From: Selaginella moellendorffii
Lineage: Eukaryota > Plantae > Lycopodiophyta
Assembly (NCBI RefSeq): GCF_000143415.4
Contig: NW_003314344.1
Coordinates: 132,336 to 196,335, forward strand
Direction of reading: 5' to 3'
DNA length: 64,000 nucleotides
A program made the translations under genes and the position numbers. The notes beneath the pieces are model-generated. The model saw only the letters and a program-made list of their open reading frames with translations. It was not told the DNA's origin and searched no databases. Position 1 is the stretch's first letter; each line of letters opens with the position of its first letter. Positions 1 to 12,318 of the stretch are shown here, in pieces.

Positions 1-275
1 GAAAGAGCATCAGGAAGGCCTTGAAGCTTTCCAAGTTTGTACTTGATAACAAAGTCAAATTGACTCAGGAATTATGCCCACCTTGCCTAACAACGGCTCA
101 AAACTTGGGAAGTGACAAAGTACTCGAGATTTTTGTGATCCATCCAAACCGTTGTTTGATGGCTCACCAACTCCAAGAAACTATGCCACTCTCCAAAGGA
201 ATCCATGATGGCAAGGAGCTCTTTGTTGTAGATTTCGTAATTGATCTCTGCAGGCTAGAATTTCCGAAAACTGAT
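1..275 (-). mobile_element. Ty3/gypsy RNase H fragment (Tcn1/chromovirus-like), pseudogenised, runs off window start
   Basis: Manual minus-strand translation: SFRKF*PAEINYEIYNKELLAIMDSFGEWHSFLE...[36 protein letters not shown]...PDAL. This carries the gypsy RNase H motifs NY.[16 protein letters not shown] and ARW, with in-frame stops. Confidence 0.85.
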
Positions 276-279
276 AGTT

Positions 280-1090
280 GTGGTTATGATAGTTGTATTT
301 TACTAATGAAGGAAGATCCTCCACTAAAGTTGAGTCTAGAGTGACTTTGTCATCAAGCTCCATGAGAGAGAGTTGGTCCCTAACAAGAAACAAGTCTAGA
401 AGCCCATCCTCAATTAGGAACCACTCTAAAATGCTAAATGTAAAAGTTGATACAATATAAGCCCTATTTTCAAATAAAGAGGGCCTTGCTAGAGGCTCGG
501 CGTTACTCTCAAATAAAGAGACTGAGGTTGAGAAATGTCCAGAGCTGTCTGACTTGTCTCCAAGAATGTCAATCGCATTGTATGAGAAAGCATCCATTGC
601 ATAAATGATTGACTCCATTGCCAACTTCAGGAAAATCTCTGTAAACTCAAGAGGAAAATGTAATGTGGAGACCATCTCAGTCCAAGCCTTTTGATTGTGC
701 TGAGAAAGAGCATTACCATGGTTGTTAAAAAAGGTGGCACTATAGATTCCATCACTAATTTCCATCATCCCTAATATATTGTCAATGGTGCAATGAGCTA
801 GGAGTTGCCATGAGCAACCAAGGATTATAGAGTCCTTCAAGGAGGATGTTCCAAGACACTAGTAGTCAACCACAAGGAAATCTACCTCAAATATAATGCC
901 TTACACCATTCTTACTCAAATGAAATCCCAATTCCACCATTGTTCAGGGATGCCTTTCAAACATGGCAAAATAAGGACTTAATTTAGTTCCATTGTATTG
1001 GCTATTATTGTAAGTAAATTGCACTAATGAAAGATATAGATCCCACTGTCCTTACTTTTGACCAATGCTATGTAGCATATCTTCCACCAC
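280..1090 (-). mobile_element. Degenerate retrotransposon aspartic-protease/linker fragment (separate gypsy-like piece)
   Basis: ORF 181..840 and its upstream sequence read EVDFLVVD...DSIILGCSW, resembling the retropepsin C-terminal motif 'F.V.D...ILG..W'. Confidence 0.5.
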
Positions 1091-1099
1091 TTGATTCAC

Positions 1100-4000
1100 A
1101 CGCTCGGTTTGTCTATCTATCTGAGAATGATTTCCACTTGAGAATTTCAAAGTCACTTGCATAGCCTTTGCAAAACTCATCTAAAATCCACTTGTGAACT
1201 TTGAATCTCAATCACTAATGATGTCCTTTGGCAAACCAAAATTAGGAAAAACCTTCTCCAAGTAAACTGCAAGTAAGTCTGAGGTAATGACAATCTTCCA
1301 AAGAGCCAACAACCATACATACTTCATCAACTGATCCACTATGACCCATATTTGCTCCTTTTGCCTCTATAATCGTGGTGAATAAATGATGAAGTCTAAA
1401 AAGATACTACACAAAAGGCTTTGAGGAATAGGTAAAAGTTGCAAAATTCCCCATAGCTTCTCTTATGGCACCTTAACCTGCTAACAGAGCTCATATGATT
1501 TACAATACTTGAGGATATTAGCCTTCATATTCCTCCAATAAAAATTACATTTAATCAACTTATATGCCTTCTTCCCCTCAAAATAATTGGCCTCTGGACA
1601 ATCATGATAATGGGATAAAACTTGAGTAATTAACACATCCAGCTATGGCAAATATATATGGCCATTGTAATAAAGAATCCCACCCACCAATGAGAAAGGT
1701 GTTTCCATCTGGTCTTGCAAAGATGCCACCTTAGCATCTTGAGCTTGAGCATGTTTAAACTACCCAAATTTGTTGACCACCTTACTCAAATGATGACAAA
1801 ACTGTGTTTGTAATGCCGTCACATAACAAATATAAGATAAAGTATCCACCACCACATTTGATTTTTTTGGACAATGCTCAATAAGAAACTCCCCAAACTC
1901 CATAAGTTTTACCATGCAACAAGCTTGCCTAGTGTTCAACTCCTTCTGTGTGAAAAGATACACAAATGGTTTGTGATCTGTCAATACCATAAACACTACA
2001 CCATAAAGATAGTGTTGCCACATCCGTAAAGCATGAACAACAAAGAGTAACTTTTGCTCATATATGGAATAGTGTTGCCCTGCGGGATTCAAAATTTGAA
2101 TCTCATATGTAATAGGTTGTCCCTCTTGTATGAGAACTCCTCCCAGTGCATAACCATTTGTATCACATGTTCCCTTGTAAAGTTTTGATGGATCAACAAT
2201 GCAAAGTACTAGAGCTTCGCTTAGCTCAACAACTGTTTCAATGCCATAAAACTCTTCTCATGTGGCTTCTTCCACTTGAATGGCACATTTTTGCACAACA
2301 ATCTTGTCAAAGGTATAGCCACCTCTGCAAACTTATACTAGAAATGTTGGTAGTAACTAGCCATACCAAGGAACTTGCATAATTCAGCCACTGTAGTCAG
2401 TCTAAGTTAGTTCTCCACCACAACCATCTTTCTTGGATCCGTCTTGACACCCTTAGATATCACAATATAGCCTAGATATTCCACCTTTGACTTTGTAAAC
2501 TCACATTTGCTCTTCTTCACATAAAGTTTGTTATTATGTAGTAACAAAAGAACCTTTTACAAATGCACCCCATACTCCTCCATATTCTTGATGAAAAAAA
2601 TATATTGTCCAAGAAAATCTCCACAAACTCATAAAGATAATGCCTAAATACCTTTCGTCATCAACTGAGTAAATGTGGCTAGTAAATTTATCAAACCAAA
2701 CAGCATAACTGTAAACTCAAAATGCCCGAAGCTTGTGTTGAATATTATCTTAAAGATAGATATATCATCCATTGCAATCTGATGATATCCACTCCTCAGA
2801 TCAATCTTTGCAAACACTCGTACTTCACTAAACTTGTTTAAAATATCATCCACACACAGTATTGGCATCTTATCCTTCATTGTCTTCTTGTTCAAGGCAT
2901 GGTAGTCAATATACATCCGTATTGAATTATTCTTCTTCTTCACAAGCAAAACTGAGCACCAATCAAAAACTTACTTGGCTAAATAAATCCAGACTCAAAT
3001 AATTCTTTAACTTGTTATTGAATTTCTTACTCTTTCATATAACTTAACCGAAATGGATGCCGACAAATTGGCCATGTCCTTGGCTCCAATGTAATCCCAT
3101 GCTCCACACCTCATAATTGAGGCAACCTATAAGGAAGTTCAGATGAAAAAACATCGAAAAACTCATCAAATACATCCTGTACTATTGCTTCTTCTTCATA
3201 CGTGGCTTGGTTCCCCAAGTCATGAACAAATAGCAAGTAACTTGAAAGTGTTTTTTTATTACGACAAACCCACTTCAAAGATGTAGCAAAGAGTATAACA
3301 ATTGGAGGATGAACTCCCTCTCTCAACCATATATCTTTAACGCCATTGTACTTCAACAAGACATGCTTAATACTCCATTTTATCTCTGGATCTACCTTCA
3401 TTAACCATAGCATCCCAAGAATAAAATCCACATGATGAATATCTAGGAAATAAAAAGTCTCTACAAGTGTAGTTTTGCCAACTAACACTTCCAGCCCCTC
3501 TTCAAAATGCTAAGTAAGGGTAAATACACCTTCTACCGTCTATGGAAGAACTCCTCATATGACCAGATATGCTCCATAACAAATTTTGCCGAAACAAAAT
3601 TGTTATCACTCCCATAATCCAGTAAAATCCACAATAGACTACCATAGAACACACCCTTTAGCATTAAAGTTGATTTATGATTGTCCTCAAGCTTCATTTT
3701 ATTCCACACACAGTTGAGTTGATGAGCAACAATTGAAAGCCTATTTCTCCAACCGAAATAGTCATCCCCATTATCCTTATGCTATAAAGTTTGCAACTTT
3801 TTAGTATTTGACTTACCGTCAGTAGAAGATTTGTTATTCTTTTTGCTCTACTACTTATTCTTCAACTATGGAGAATCAACCTTGCAATAATCGAGCTCGC
3901 CACAATGATAACAACCATGTTTATAATTCTTCACAAAGAACTTCTGCTTCTTTGACACTTTGCATCCGAAGTAGTAACCACCAACTTCAACTTGTGATGA

Positions 4001-4650
4001 TTGTTCCCATCCTTGTGTCCACAGCAATCATCATGATAAAAGAACTCTACAAACATTTATGAGACTTATGCTTGTCATTGTCAAATTGACAATCCACATC
4101 AAAAAACTCCTCCAAACTCTTTGTAAGCTGAGAATGACACAAGTGTTGCCATATGCTCTCACTATGAAGGCCATTAATGAAGTAGAATTTGTTCTGATCT
4201 GGATCCTTAATTGGAATACAGCTAATCAAGTGAGTAAGCTTCTCAATATAGTTTCTAAGTGTCATTTTCCCTAATTGGAAATGTCAAAGTTCAACACTAG
4301 ACTCCTTAAGCTAATTCCACCACTAAAGACTTGTATCATGCAAAACCATTGGAATGACCACTAAAGCCTTTGCATCTAGAGTTCCTTTAATAACCAAGAA
4401 CTTATTCACATTGGCTAGCTAAGCAAGACATTTATCCACACCACCATCACTGAAAAATGTTGGAATCTTGAATCGATCTACCAAAGAAAGCTTACTTAGA
4501 GTGTTACCACATCCTGCCTCCAGTGCCTCAACATGCTTGCGCATGGTATCTATCATGCCATGCATCTTGTCTTGCATCTTTTGCTAATTTTGATTAAGGG
4601 CTTGCAACTTGTAGCTCCATCAGCACCATTATCGGCACCACTATCAATAA
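1100..4650 (-). mobile_element. Ty3/gypsy LTR retrotransposon internal region (gag-PR-RT-RH-IN), heavily degenerate
   Basis: Domains in gypsy order on the minus strand: gag-like (4047..4265 LRNYIEK...FINGL), protease (3111..3488 DFILGMLWL), RT (2644..2949 RMYIDYHALNK, KIDLRSGYHQI, GHFEFTVMLFGL), RNase H (1760..2092 YSIYEQKLL, LTDHK, RQA) and integrase remnants at ~1100-1700. Many stops and frameshifts. Confidence 0.9.
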
Positions 4651-4810
4651 TAAAATTCTAGCATTTAGCTTGGTTAGCCATTGTAGCTAACTTCTTTGAT
4701 ACAAATGTTATGTTTCCATTTAAACTAGCACCTAACAGTGCATGTGTAGTGCTCGTGGACACACATCTCACTCCCGTCAATAAAATTTCTGTTTCTAGTA
4801 CTAACTTTAG

Positions 4811-7800
4811 ATGGCATCTTCTTCCCGTAACCCTAGTTGGCTGGGAGGAACTTCTACACAAATTCACAGGAGAAAACTTCGCAACCTGGAGAACAAAGGT
4901 CCAGCTCATCTTGATGGCAAAGGATTTCTGATGGCACCGAAGCTGAACCAGCTGAGCCTGCTCTCCAGCTAGCGTGGAAAGCCAAGAATAGAAGAGCCCT
5001 CTCTGTCATTGGCTTACGACTAGGTGACGAGTTCGTCCATCTGCTGGATCTCTCGAAGACCGCTCACGAGAATTGGGAGTCCTTGGTGCAGGTGTTTGCC
5101 GCAAAAGCAGCAAATGCCAAGATCGTCCTTACCCAGAAGTTCCTTTATCTCCGGATGCAGCCAACAGACACGATGGCATCGTACATTGGCAAGCTTAAGG
5201 GGATGATGCAAGAGCTTAAGGAGGCTGGCGCCCCTGTCTCGGACGATTATGCCAAAACTTTCCTTCTCTATTCGGTTTCTTCTGAACTCCAACCGTCTTC
5301 CTCCATGCTCTCCTTCGTTCCAGGAAAGACCCTAGACAAGCTCTATTCCAATCTCTTGGAAGAAGAGCGCAAGCTTCTGGAGCGAAAAGCAGGCACGACC
5401 TCCTCAGATTCTGCTCGTGATCAGGCTTTGTTCATCGGCAAGAAGTCAGGAAATGGAAATGCCAAGAAGCGTGGGAATTCTCGCGGATTTGCCAGTGCTC
5501 CTGCGACACCAACACCTGGCTCCACCACAAATGGAAACAGGAAAAAGAAGGGGCCGTGTATCTACTGCGGGAAGATGGGGCACATAGAGCGAGAATGTCG
5601 AGCTAAGAAAGCAAACACCCAACGGATGCTGACTCAAACAGACGTTGCTGATGATGGCCGTGGCCTCGTCACTGGTGTCTGGTTTAGACGTCCTCTGGTT
5701 GGACAGTGGTGATTCTTACCACATGACTCCTCTTCGTACAGCATTCCACAACAAGCAACCTCTCCACGTTGAAGGCCGTGGCATGGTGCAAGTCAAGTTG
5801 CCCAAGGAAATCCATAACATGCACTATGCGCCCGGTGCAGGCCAAACTGTCCTTTCGGTTGGCGTCGCCTCCGATCAAGGGTTCTCGCTTACATTCTTTG
5901 CAGAATGATGTACTATTTTTGGAGCAGATGGCACCACCGTGGCAACTGGAGTGAGGTACGATACACTATCGCCTCAACGCAGAGCTTGTTTATCCAGGGA
6001 CATACATGCTAGCGCTTCAAGGCCAAGAGACAATTCATCTTTGGCATGCTCGTCTCGGGCATGTAAATGAGAAGGATCTCCAGAACCTTGCTCGCAGCAA
6101 GCTAGCTGATGGCAACATCTGGGACTTTGCGATACTTGCCAACTTGGCAAACATGCACACCATCCTTTTCCTCCCAACCCTTGGAAATTGCTTAATCTTA
6201 TTCACAGCGATGTCTGCTATCTTCCTGTAAATTTCCTAAGTGGGAAGAGGTATTTTGTTTCATTCATAGATGATCACTCACTATACAAAGTTTTGAAAAC
6301 TTTAAAATTTTCAAAAGCTGGGCAGAAAATTTTATAGGAAGAAAAATCCATGTGCTATGCATGGATGGAGGAGGAGAATACATTGCACAAGGATTTCTCC
6401 AATTCCTAGCTGAGGCAGGAATTTCTCATCAGAACACAGCTGCTTATACACCACAACAAAATGGTGTGGCTGAGAGGCTTAACCGGACGCTCCTGGACAT
6501 GATGTGTTGCCTTCTTCTGCATTCTGGACTGCCACACAGCTTCTGGGGAGCAGTGAACACGACGGTGTACTTGCGTAACCGTTTGTCCCGTATCACATTT
6601 GGACTGGGAAACGTCCAAATTTAGGGCACATCCGGATCTTTGGGTGCAGTCCCTGATCCGAACAGGCGCAAGCTCGATCCACGCAGCACGAAGACCATCT
6701 TCGTGGGCTACTACGCCCATTCGAAGGCCTACCGGCTTTACAATCTCTTCCAAAAGAAGCTTGTAGTGAGCTGTGACATGGTTTTCAACGAGCAAGAGCT
6801 GTATCGAGACCTCAAAGGTATTTCAAGCCATTCAACTGATCTTGTGGATCTTTCTTTGGTTCTGGATGAGGTGCTCCCTATTTCGCTCCCAGCTCCAGAG
6901 AATTTTCCTCCAGGAGGAGCTAACAACCAAGGCCCACAAGATCCTGGCCGAGCAGTGCCCTTGGTGGCTGGAGGTGATGGATCTCCTCCTCACACGCCAC
7001 TTCTTGCACCTCCAGGAGCCTCTACTGCTTCCACCAGCAGTCCCGCTTCTTCAGCCTCGCTTGTTGCCATCGTCGACGACATTTTTGAAGGAGATGAAAT
7101 ATTTCATCAAGCATCCACCCAGGCCGTTGACCCCGTGATGACTCCTCCACCTCCACAGGTCTTTGGTCCACGACGCTCTGGACGTGTGGCCGTCAACCAA
7201 GCCTTCAGTCAAAGCGCTTGAGGCCATTGCCCAGAAACCACTATGGAAAGGATTCTACTGGGCAATGCAAGGCTTTCCTGAGCCTCAAGGATATATGGCT
7301 GCTCTTGCCAGTCTTGACACTCAAAAGTGGCAAGAAACTATTCTTCTTTGCTTAAAAATGACACTTAGACTCTCATGCCATTGCCACCAAGAAGGAAAGT
7401 CGTGAGCTCCAAGTGGCTCTTTAAAAAGAAGTACAAGGCGGATGGGAGTGTGGATCGATTCAAAGCTAGATTTGTCGCTTGTGGCTTCTTGCAAATTCAG
7501 GGAGTTGACTATTCTGAGACTTACAGTCCGGTAGTTAAGCTAACCACCATCCGCTTGCTTCTAATTTTAGCAGCCGAGCTTGATCTTCAGCTCCATCAAC
7601 TCAATGGGCGCACAGCATTCCTCAATGGTGATCTTGAGGAGGAGGTGTATGTGGCACAGCCTCAAGGTTTTGTCCTTCCAGGCCAAGAACACCTCGTGTG
7701 CTGGCTGCATAAAGCTCTCTATGGGCTGAAACAAAGCCCCAGGTTTTGGTATAACAAGATTGATGGTTTTCTAATTTCTCTTGGCTTCATACGCATGGTA

Positions 7801-8825
7801 ATCTTTACATCTACTTTGAAGGTGAAGGATTTCTCTTCCTAGCGCTTTATGTGGACGATACCATCCTCGCTTCTAACCAAGTCCGGCTTATTCACAAGAT
7901 TAAGACATTTCTCTGTGCAAAATTCGAGATGGCGGACCTTGGTGAGCTGCATTATTGCCTTGGAATCCAAGTACGACGCAACAGGAGACATGGGATTCTC
8001 GAGCTCTCTCACGAAAAATACATCCTGGATGTACTTCAAAGGTACTCTATGCTCAATGGTAATCATGTGGCCACGCCTATGCCCGCAGGCCTTAAGCTTT
8101 CTAAAGCTTCTACATCCAAGACATATCGCACTGCCGAGGAGGAGAAAAGCGCCAGAACTCTCTACCGTTCGATGGTCGGCAACTTGATATATCTCGTGAT
8201 TTCAACAAGGCCGGATTTAGCCTACCTGGTAGGCTGCGTGGCAAAGTACTTGGAAAATCCATCGCAAGAACACTTTGCTGCTGTTAAGAGAATCCTGAGG
8301 TACGTTGCTGGAACTAAGCACTACTCTTCAATTTTCCAGAGGAGAGAGCTCCACCACGAGCTTGGTTGGCTTCTCTGATGCCAACTGGGCGGGAGACGTA
8401 GATGACAGGAGATCAACGACAGGCTACGTCTTCCTCCTGAATGGGAACGTGGTGAGCTGGTGCTCGAAGAAGCCATGTCCTCAACGGAATCAGAATACGT
8501 AGCAGCAGCAGCAGCAGCAAAAGAAGCAGTGTGGCTGAGCAAGCTGCTTGAAGACTTGCAAATCCAAGTCCCTCCCATCAAGCTTTGGTGTGACAATCAG
8601 TCTGCCATTGCTGTCACAAGGAACTCTCGATTCCATTCAAGAACGAAGCACATCGAACTGAGGTTCCATTTCATCCGGGAACTCATAGACAAAGGCAAAA
8701 TTCTTCTGGAATTTTGTCCTACCAACACAATGCTGACGGATGTCCTGACCAAGGCTCTACCTCGTGTACAGCATCAAGTCTTCCTAAAGACACTCAAGCT
8801 AGGTGATGGAAACCTTGAGGAGGAG
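4811..8825 (+). mobile_element. Ty1/copia LTR retrotransposon internal region (gag-PR-IN-RT-RH), frameshifted
   Basis: gag N-term KFTGENFATW; zinc knuckle CIYCGKMGHIEREC; protease WLDSGDSYHMTP; GAG-pre-integrase LWHARLGH; integrase DGGGEY...YTPQQNGVAERLNRTL; RT KARFVA, LHKALYGLKQSPR, YVDD; RNase H FSDANWAGDVDDRRSTTGY, SSTESEY, CDNQSAI, RTKHIELRFHFIRE. Confidence 0.95.
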
Positions 8826-8830
8826 TGTTC
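8816..8830 (+). promoter_or_regulatory. Polypurine tract followed by TG, probable start of the copia 3' LTR
   Basis: TGAGGAGGAG|TGTTC lies at the end of the RNase H region. The end of the LTR could not be determined and no matching 5' LTR was found. Confidence 0.6.
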
Positions 8831-9329
8831 GGAAGCCCAAGGTCCACGTCACTAACCACATCACTATCCTCACCAACCGTCAACAGTCGCCACATCCTCT
8901 TGTATATAACCACCAAAACGCAGTGAAGTAGGTACCGAGCCGTTTCCACAAATCCTAGAGTTGAGATAATGAAGGACGTGATTGCAGCTGGGCATAGAAG
9001 AAGCTTGTTGGAGGGCTCCCTCCAGAAAGCAAGATTGTCGGCTTGCTCGAGAGAACTCTTACAAATATACAGAGACCATGGATCCAATGCTTCATCTCGA
9101 TGACCACTTGGCTATAATGTGCTAAATAAATTTAATAGGGAGAATTACAAACACTACAATAAAAAACACCAAGCTTCGTAACCAGTCTGGTGACGCCTGA
9201 AGCTTGTTTTTTTCTGCTGATGTTGCTTTAATCTCTGCTGATTTCTCAGCTTCATCTCGGCTATTTGTAGTACAATAGGCAATTGTATTAAAAAACCACA
9301 GCTCATAAACTGAGAAACCCCACTCGTCC

Positions 9330-11703
9330 TCAGTCAAACGAGATTATGCCATCCCAATTCCTGACAGCTGCATGGAAAACCTGCTTGCATCCTCTAGAGT
9401 CTATGAAACGTACCGTCACAGTCTCACTCTTGGTGTCAAAAGTAATTCCAGCGAACATCACTCCTCCATTGTCTGGCGTCAATTCCTTAGCTTGCTTGTC
9501 TATGGAGAAGTTCATCAGAAAAACTTGAGCCGAGTGCTGCTTGTTGTAAGTCTTTGCCCTTTCATGGTGGTCTGCCAAACTCTTTTTGTCACCATTCACC
9601 TGAAATTCAAAGCCAAACTTTGCACCACCATTTGTCACGAGCATGTTAAGGTGCCTCTGAGATCTCCGTCTCTTCACCCCAAGTTTCTCCCTTACCTCTG
9701 GAAGGACGACCAAGTGACGTTGTGGGTATGCTTGCCGCAACACTGCTTTGAGCCGACACATAAAGGCAAATTGGTAAACATACTCGGATGGTCCATCCAC
9801 GTTCTCGCTCTCCAACCTTTGCAACGCTTTCATGTCCATTGTCTGGACAACCTGAACAATCAACCACTTCCGATCCAACATACTCTGGCTGGGTGGTGCC
9901 TGCACGTTGTCACTCTTGACTTCACACTCCCGCAGCATCTCCGTCAGCAACAATGGCGAAGATATCCCCACATAGTAATCACCAGCTGCATCATCTACCC
10001 GCTTCACAGCCAAAACACCTTCTGCAAGCAAGTCACGGAATTTGAGAAGGTCACAACGCCTTTCCACCTCCTCCAGAAAGCCAAGTAAAAGCTTGTAGCC
10101 ATCAGGAGTACGAGCACGGATCTTGAAGCTGTCTACAATCCTGCTGTAGGTGGCCTGCCCAAAGACATACGTCCCAAGCTCATAAGAATCCACGCGTTCC
10201 AACCACTTGACGTAGCTGAACAACTCCAAACGTAGGACGAACGCCAAGCACATGCCAACAAGTCCCTTGTGGCCGCAAGTAAGCTCCAGTATTGAGGCTG
10301 CAATCTGCTCCACATCTTGAACCGCACCGTTGTAATCCATGTTCACCTGTTCCAGCAAGTCGACAATGTCGTGCAGCTTGAAGCCCGTTGCCCTCAGGGA
10401 ATAATCGTGCGGAAACGGAGATAATCTTCGGGGCCCTTGTCCTGTCGCTGCTGCTTTCTGGAGGGAGCCCTCCAACAAGCTTCTTCTGTACCCAGCCGCA
10501 ATCAGGTCCTTCACTGTCTCAACTCCGATCAAGAGGAACGATCGAAGGTTGAAGCTCTGCTTTAGCTCACGAACCGTTGAGAAGAATGCGTCCAGGCACT
10601 CCGAAGGTAAGTTGAGGAGTGAATCGGCTTCGTCCAGAACTAGGCAAACTGGAGCCGTCAACCTTGCATTGCTGAACAGCGACATGAAAGCCACAGCATC
10701 TGAACCGGCAGCGTCCTGGAAGTGCTGAGGACAAGCCAGCTTCAGGTAGCGAATGAGTGTACTCCACAGGTCTGACGTTGTCCAGTTGATGTTTGCATCT
10801 GCTAGTCCACCCAAATAAACTGGCCACACAGCGCCTGCACTCTTGAGCTGCCGCATGATGGTCCACGCTACAGTCGATTTACCGCTCTGCCTCGGACCCA
10901 GCAGCACACAGTACCTCCCTACTTCCAGATCGGCTACAATCTTGTCAACGTCAGGCTGCACGAAGTAATGATTTGCAGGAGTCACGGCGTGCCCAACACC
11001 AAATACTCTACGATGGGTGTATGATGATAGGCCGGGGTCGCCACCTCCTGCGAACACGAAGTGATTGAACTAAAGCTTGCAAAGATTCATTCGCTTACGT
11101 GATGTTGCGGCTGTGAAAGCACGAACAATGAAAGCCTGAAGCGCATAACGTCCTGGGAGAGTGCGTTCCAGGAACGAAGGATTTTCAGCCGCCACCTTCA
11201 ACGCGTGAAGTGTAACAAAACCAGCCCTTGCCATCCTTGAGAGGTCATCCTCAGTAAACATGGATAACTCCGCTTCCTCGAGCACATGCTGCAGCACGAT
11301 CCTGACGGCATCCTGGTGTGGGCGATTTTTAAACCAATAAGCATTGGATGGGAAGAACTTGTTTCCGGGCATAAGGCTTTCACTGTCAGGAAAGCCTTCG
11401 CCTTCGAAGATGTGGCGGAGATGCCCACCACAGGCTGCACACCTGCGTCCGTCAGCGTCCACCTGAATCGGCTCAACAAACAAGTTCAAGCTCGAAATGA
11501 GGCCTGTTATTTTACCGTTCTGTTGATAGCCTCGTAAACGTAGCCGGCGTCTGTAGCCTTGTATAAGGGTGTTCCGCAGCTAGCATAGTTGTGCTCATTT
11601 CCTGTTCTCCTGCGGATGACAAAGGATTGGAGCCGGAAAGAGCAAGGGAGAGACTTACTCGGTGCCCTTCATTCGCAGAGGTCGCAACTGAACCGCCCTC
11701 CAT
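9330..11703 (-). CDS. Spliced Crinkler/RHS-type effector-like protein: helical (SAM-like) header + P-loop AAA NTPase + C-terminal restriction-endonuclease-fold domain
   Basis: Walker A GPRQSGKST and Walker B CLVLDEAD. C-terminus SEYVYQFAF...VLPEV...RHLNMLV...FGFEFQV...DHHERA resembles a PD-(D/E)xK fold. A 51-nt GT..AG intron (11098-11048) removes the stop and joins ORFs 11070..11489 and 9330..11057 in frame. The 5' exon structure (start ~11703) is uncertain. Confidence 0.7.
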
Positions 11704-12318
11704 TCCCTGCGCTGCTGTCCCGAAGACATGGCCCTACATTGCAAAGCCGACTGAGCGCAAGCAGGACGGAAGAGGGCCGCCATGCCTTAGGGCTTGAAAG
11801 TTAGGGCTAAACGCTAAGAGTATCGAGGTAAATCAAGCTCCATCCTGGATAATAAATTAGCGCAGAGAGTCCAGAATGGCGGATCCTGCCTCCAAGTGGA
11901 TGCAAGTCATTGTTGAACAATGAAATTCCATCCTTTGGAGAAGAAAGATTATAAAAACTTTTCAGGGAGTTGTGACTTCTAGGTACTGGTGGTTGAGAAA
12001 ATTTGGCTCCGTAGCTTGTCGTAAGAGAAACGGGTGGATTGTATGTCACCTTCCAAAACTATTACAACTAAAATCATTTAGCTTTAAAAACTTTCATATT
12101 AACAAAATCTAAAAATATTTATTGATCTCTATACCTTTATAATTATCAATTGATACAAATTATTGTATTAAAAAATAAATTTTATTTTTCTGAGTTTTTT
12201 AATATCTACCTTTAAACGAGGTTCGTTAGCTTAAACTATTGTCCCCTAGGGTACATCTGCGGGAAAAATGCCGCTGCCGAAAGCTCTGTTTCGGCTTTGC
12301 AGTCTACCAAAATGAGAA

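Noticed and set aside
8794-9337. Short minus-strand ORFs faintly resembling a hAT dimerisation fragment
   Set aside because: Similarity is too short; no TIRs or catalytic motifs; overlaps the probable copia LTR.
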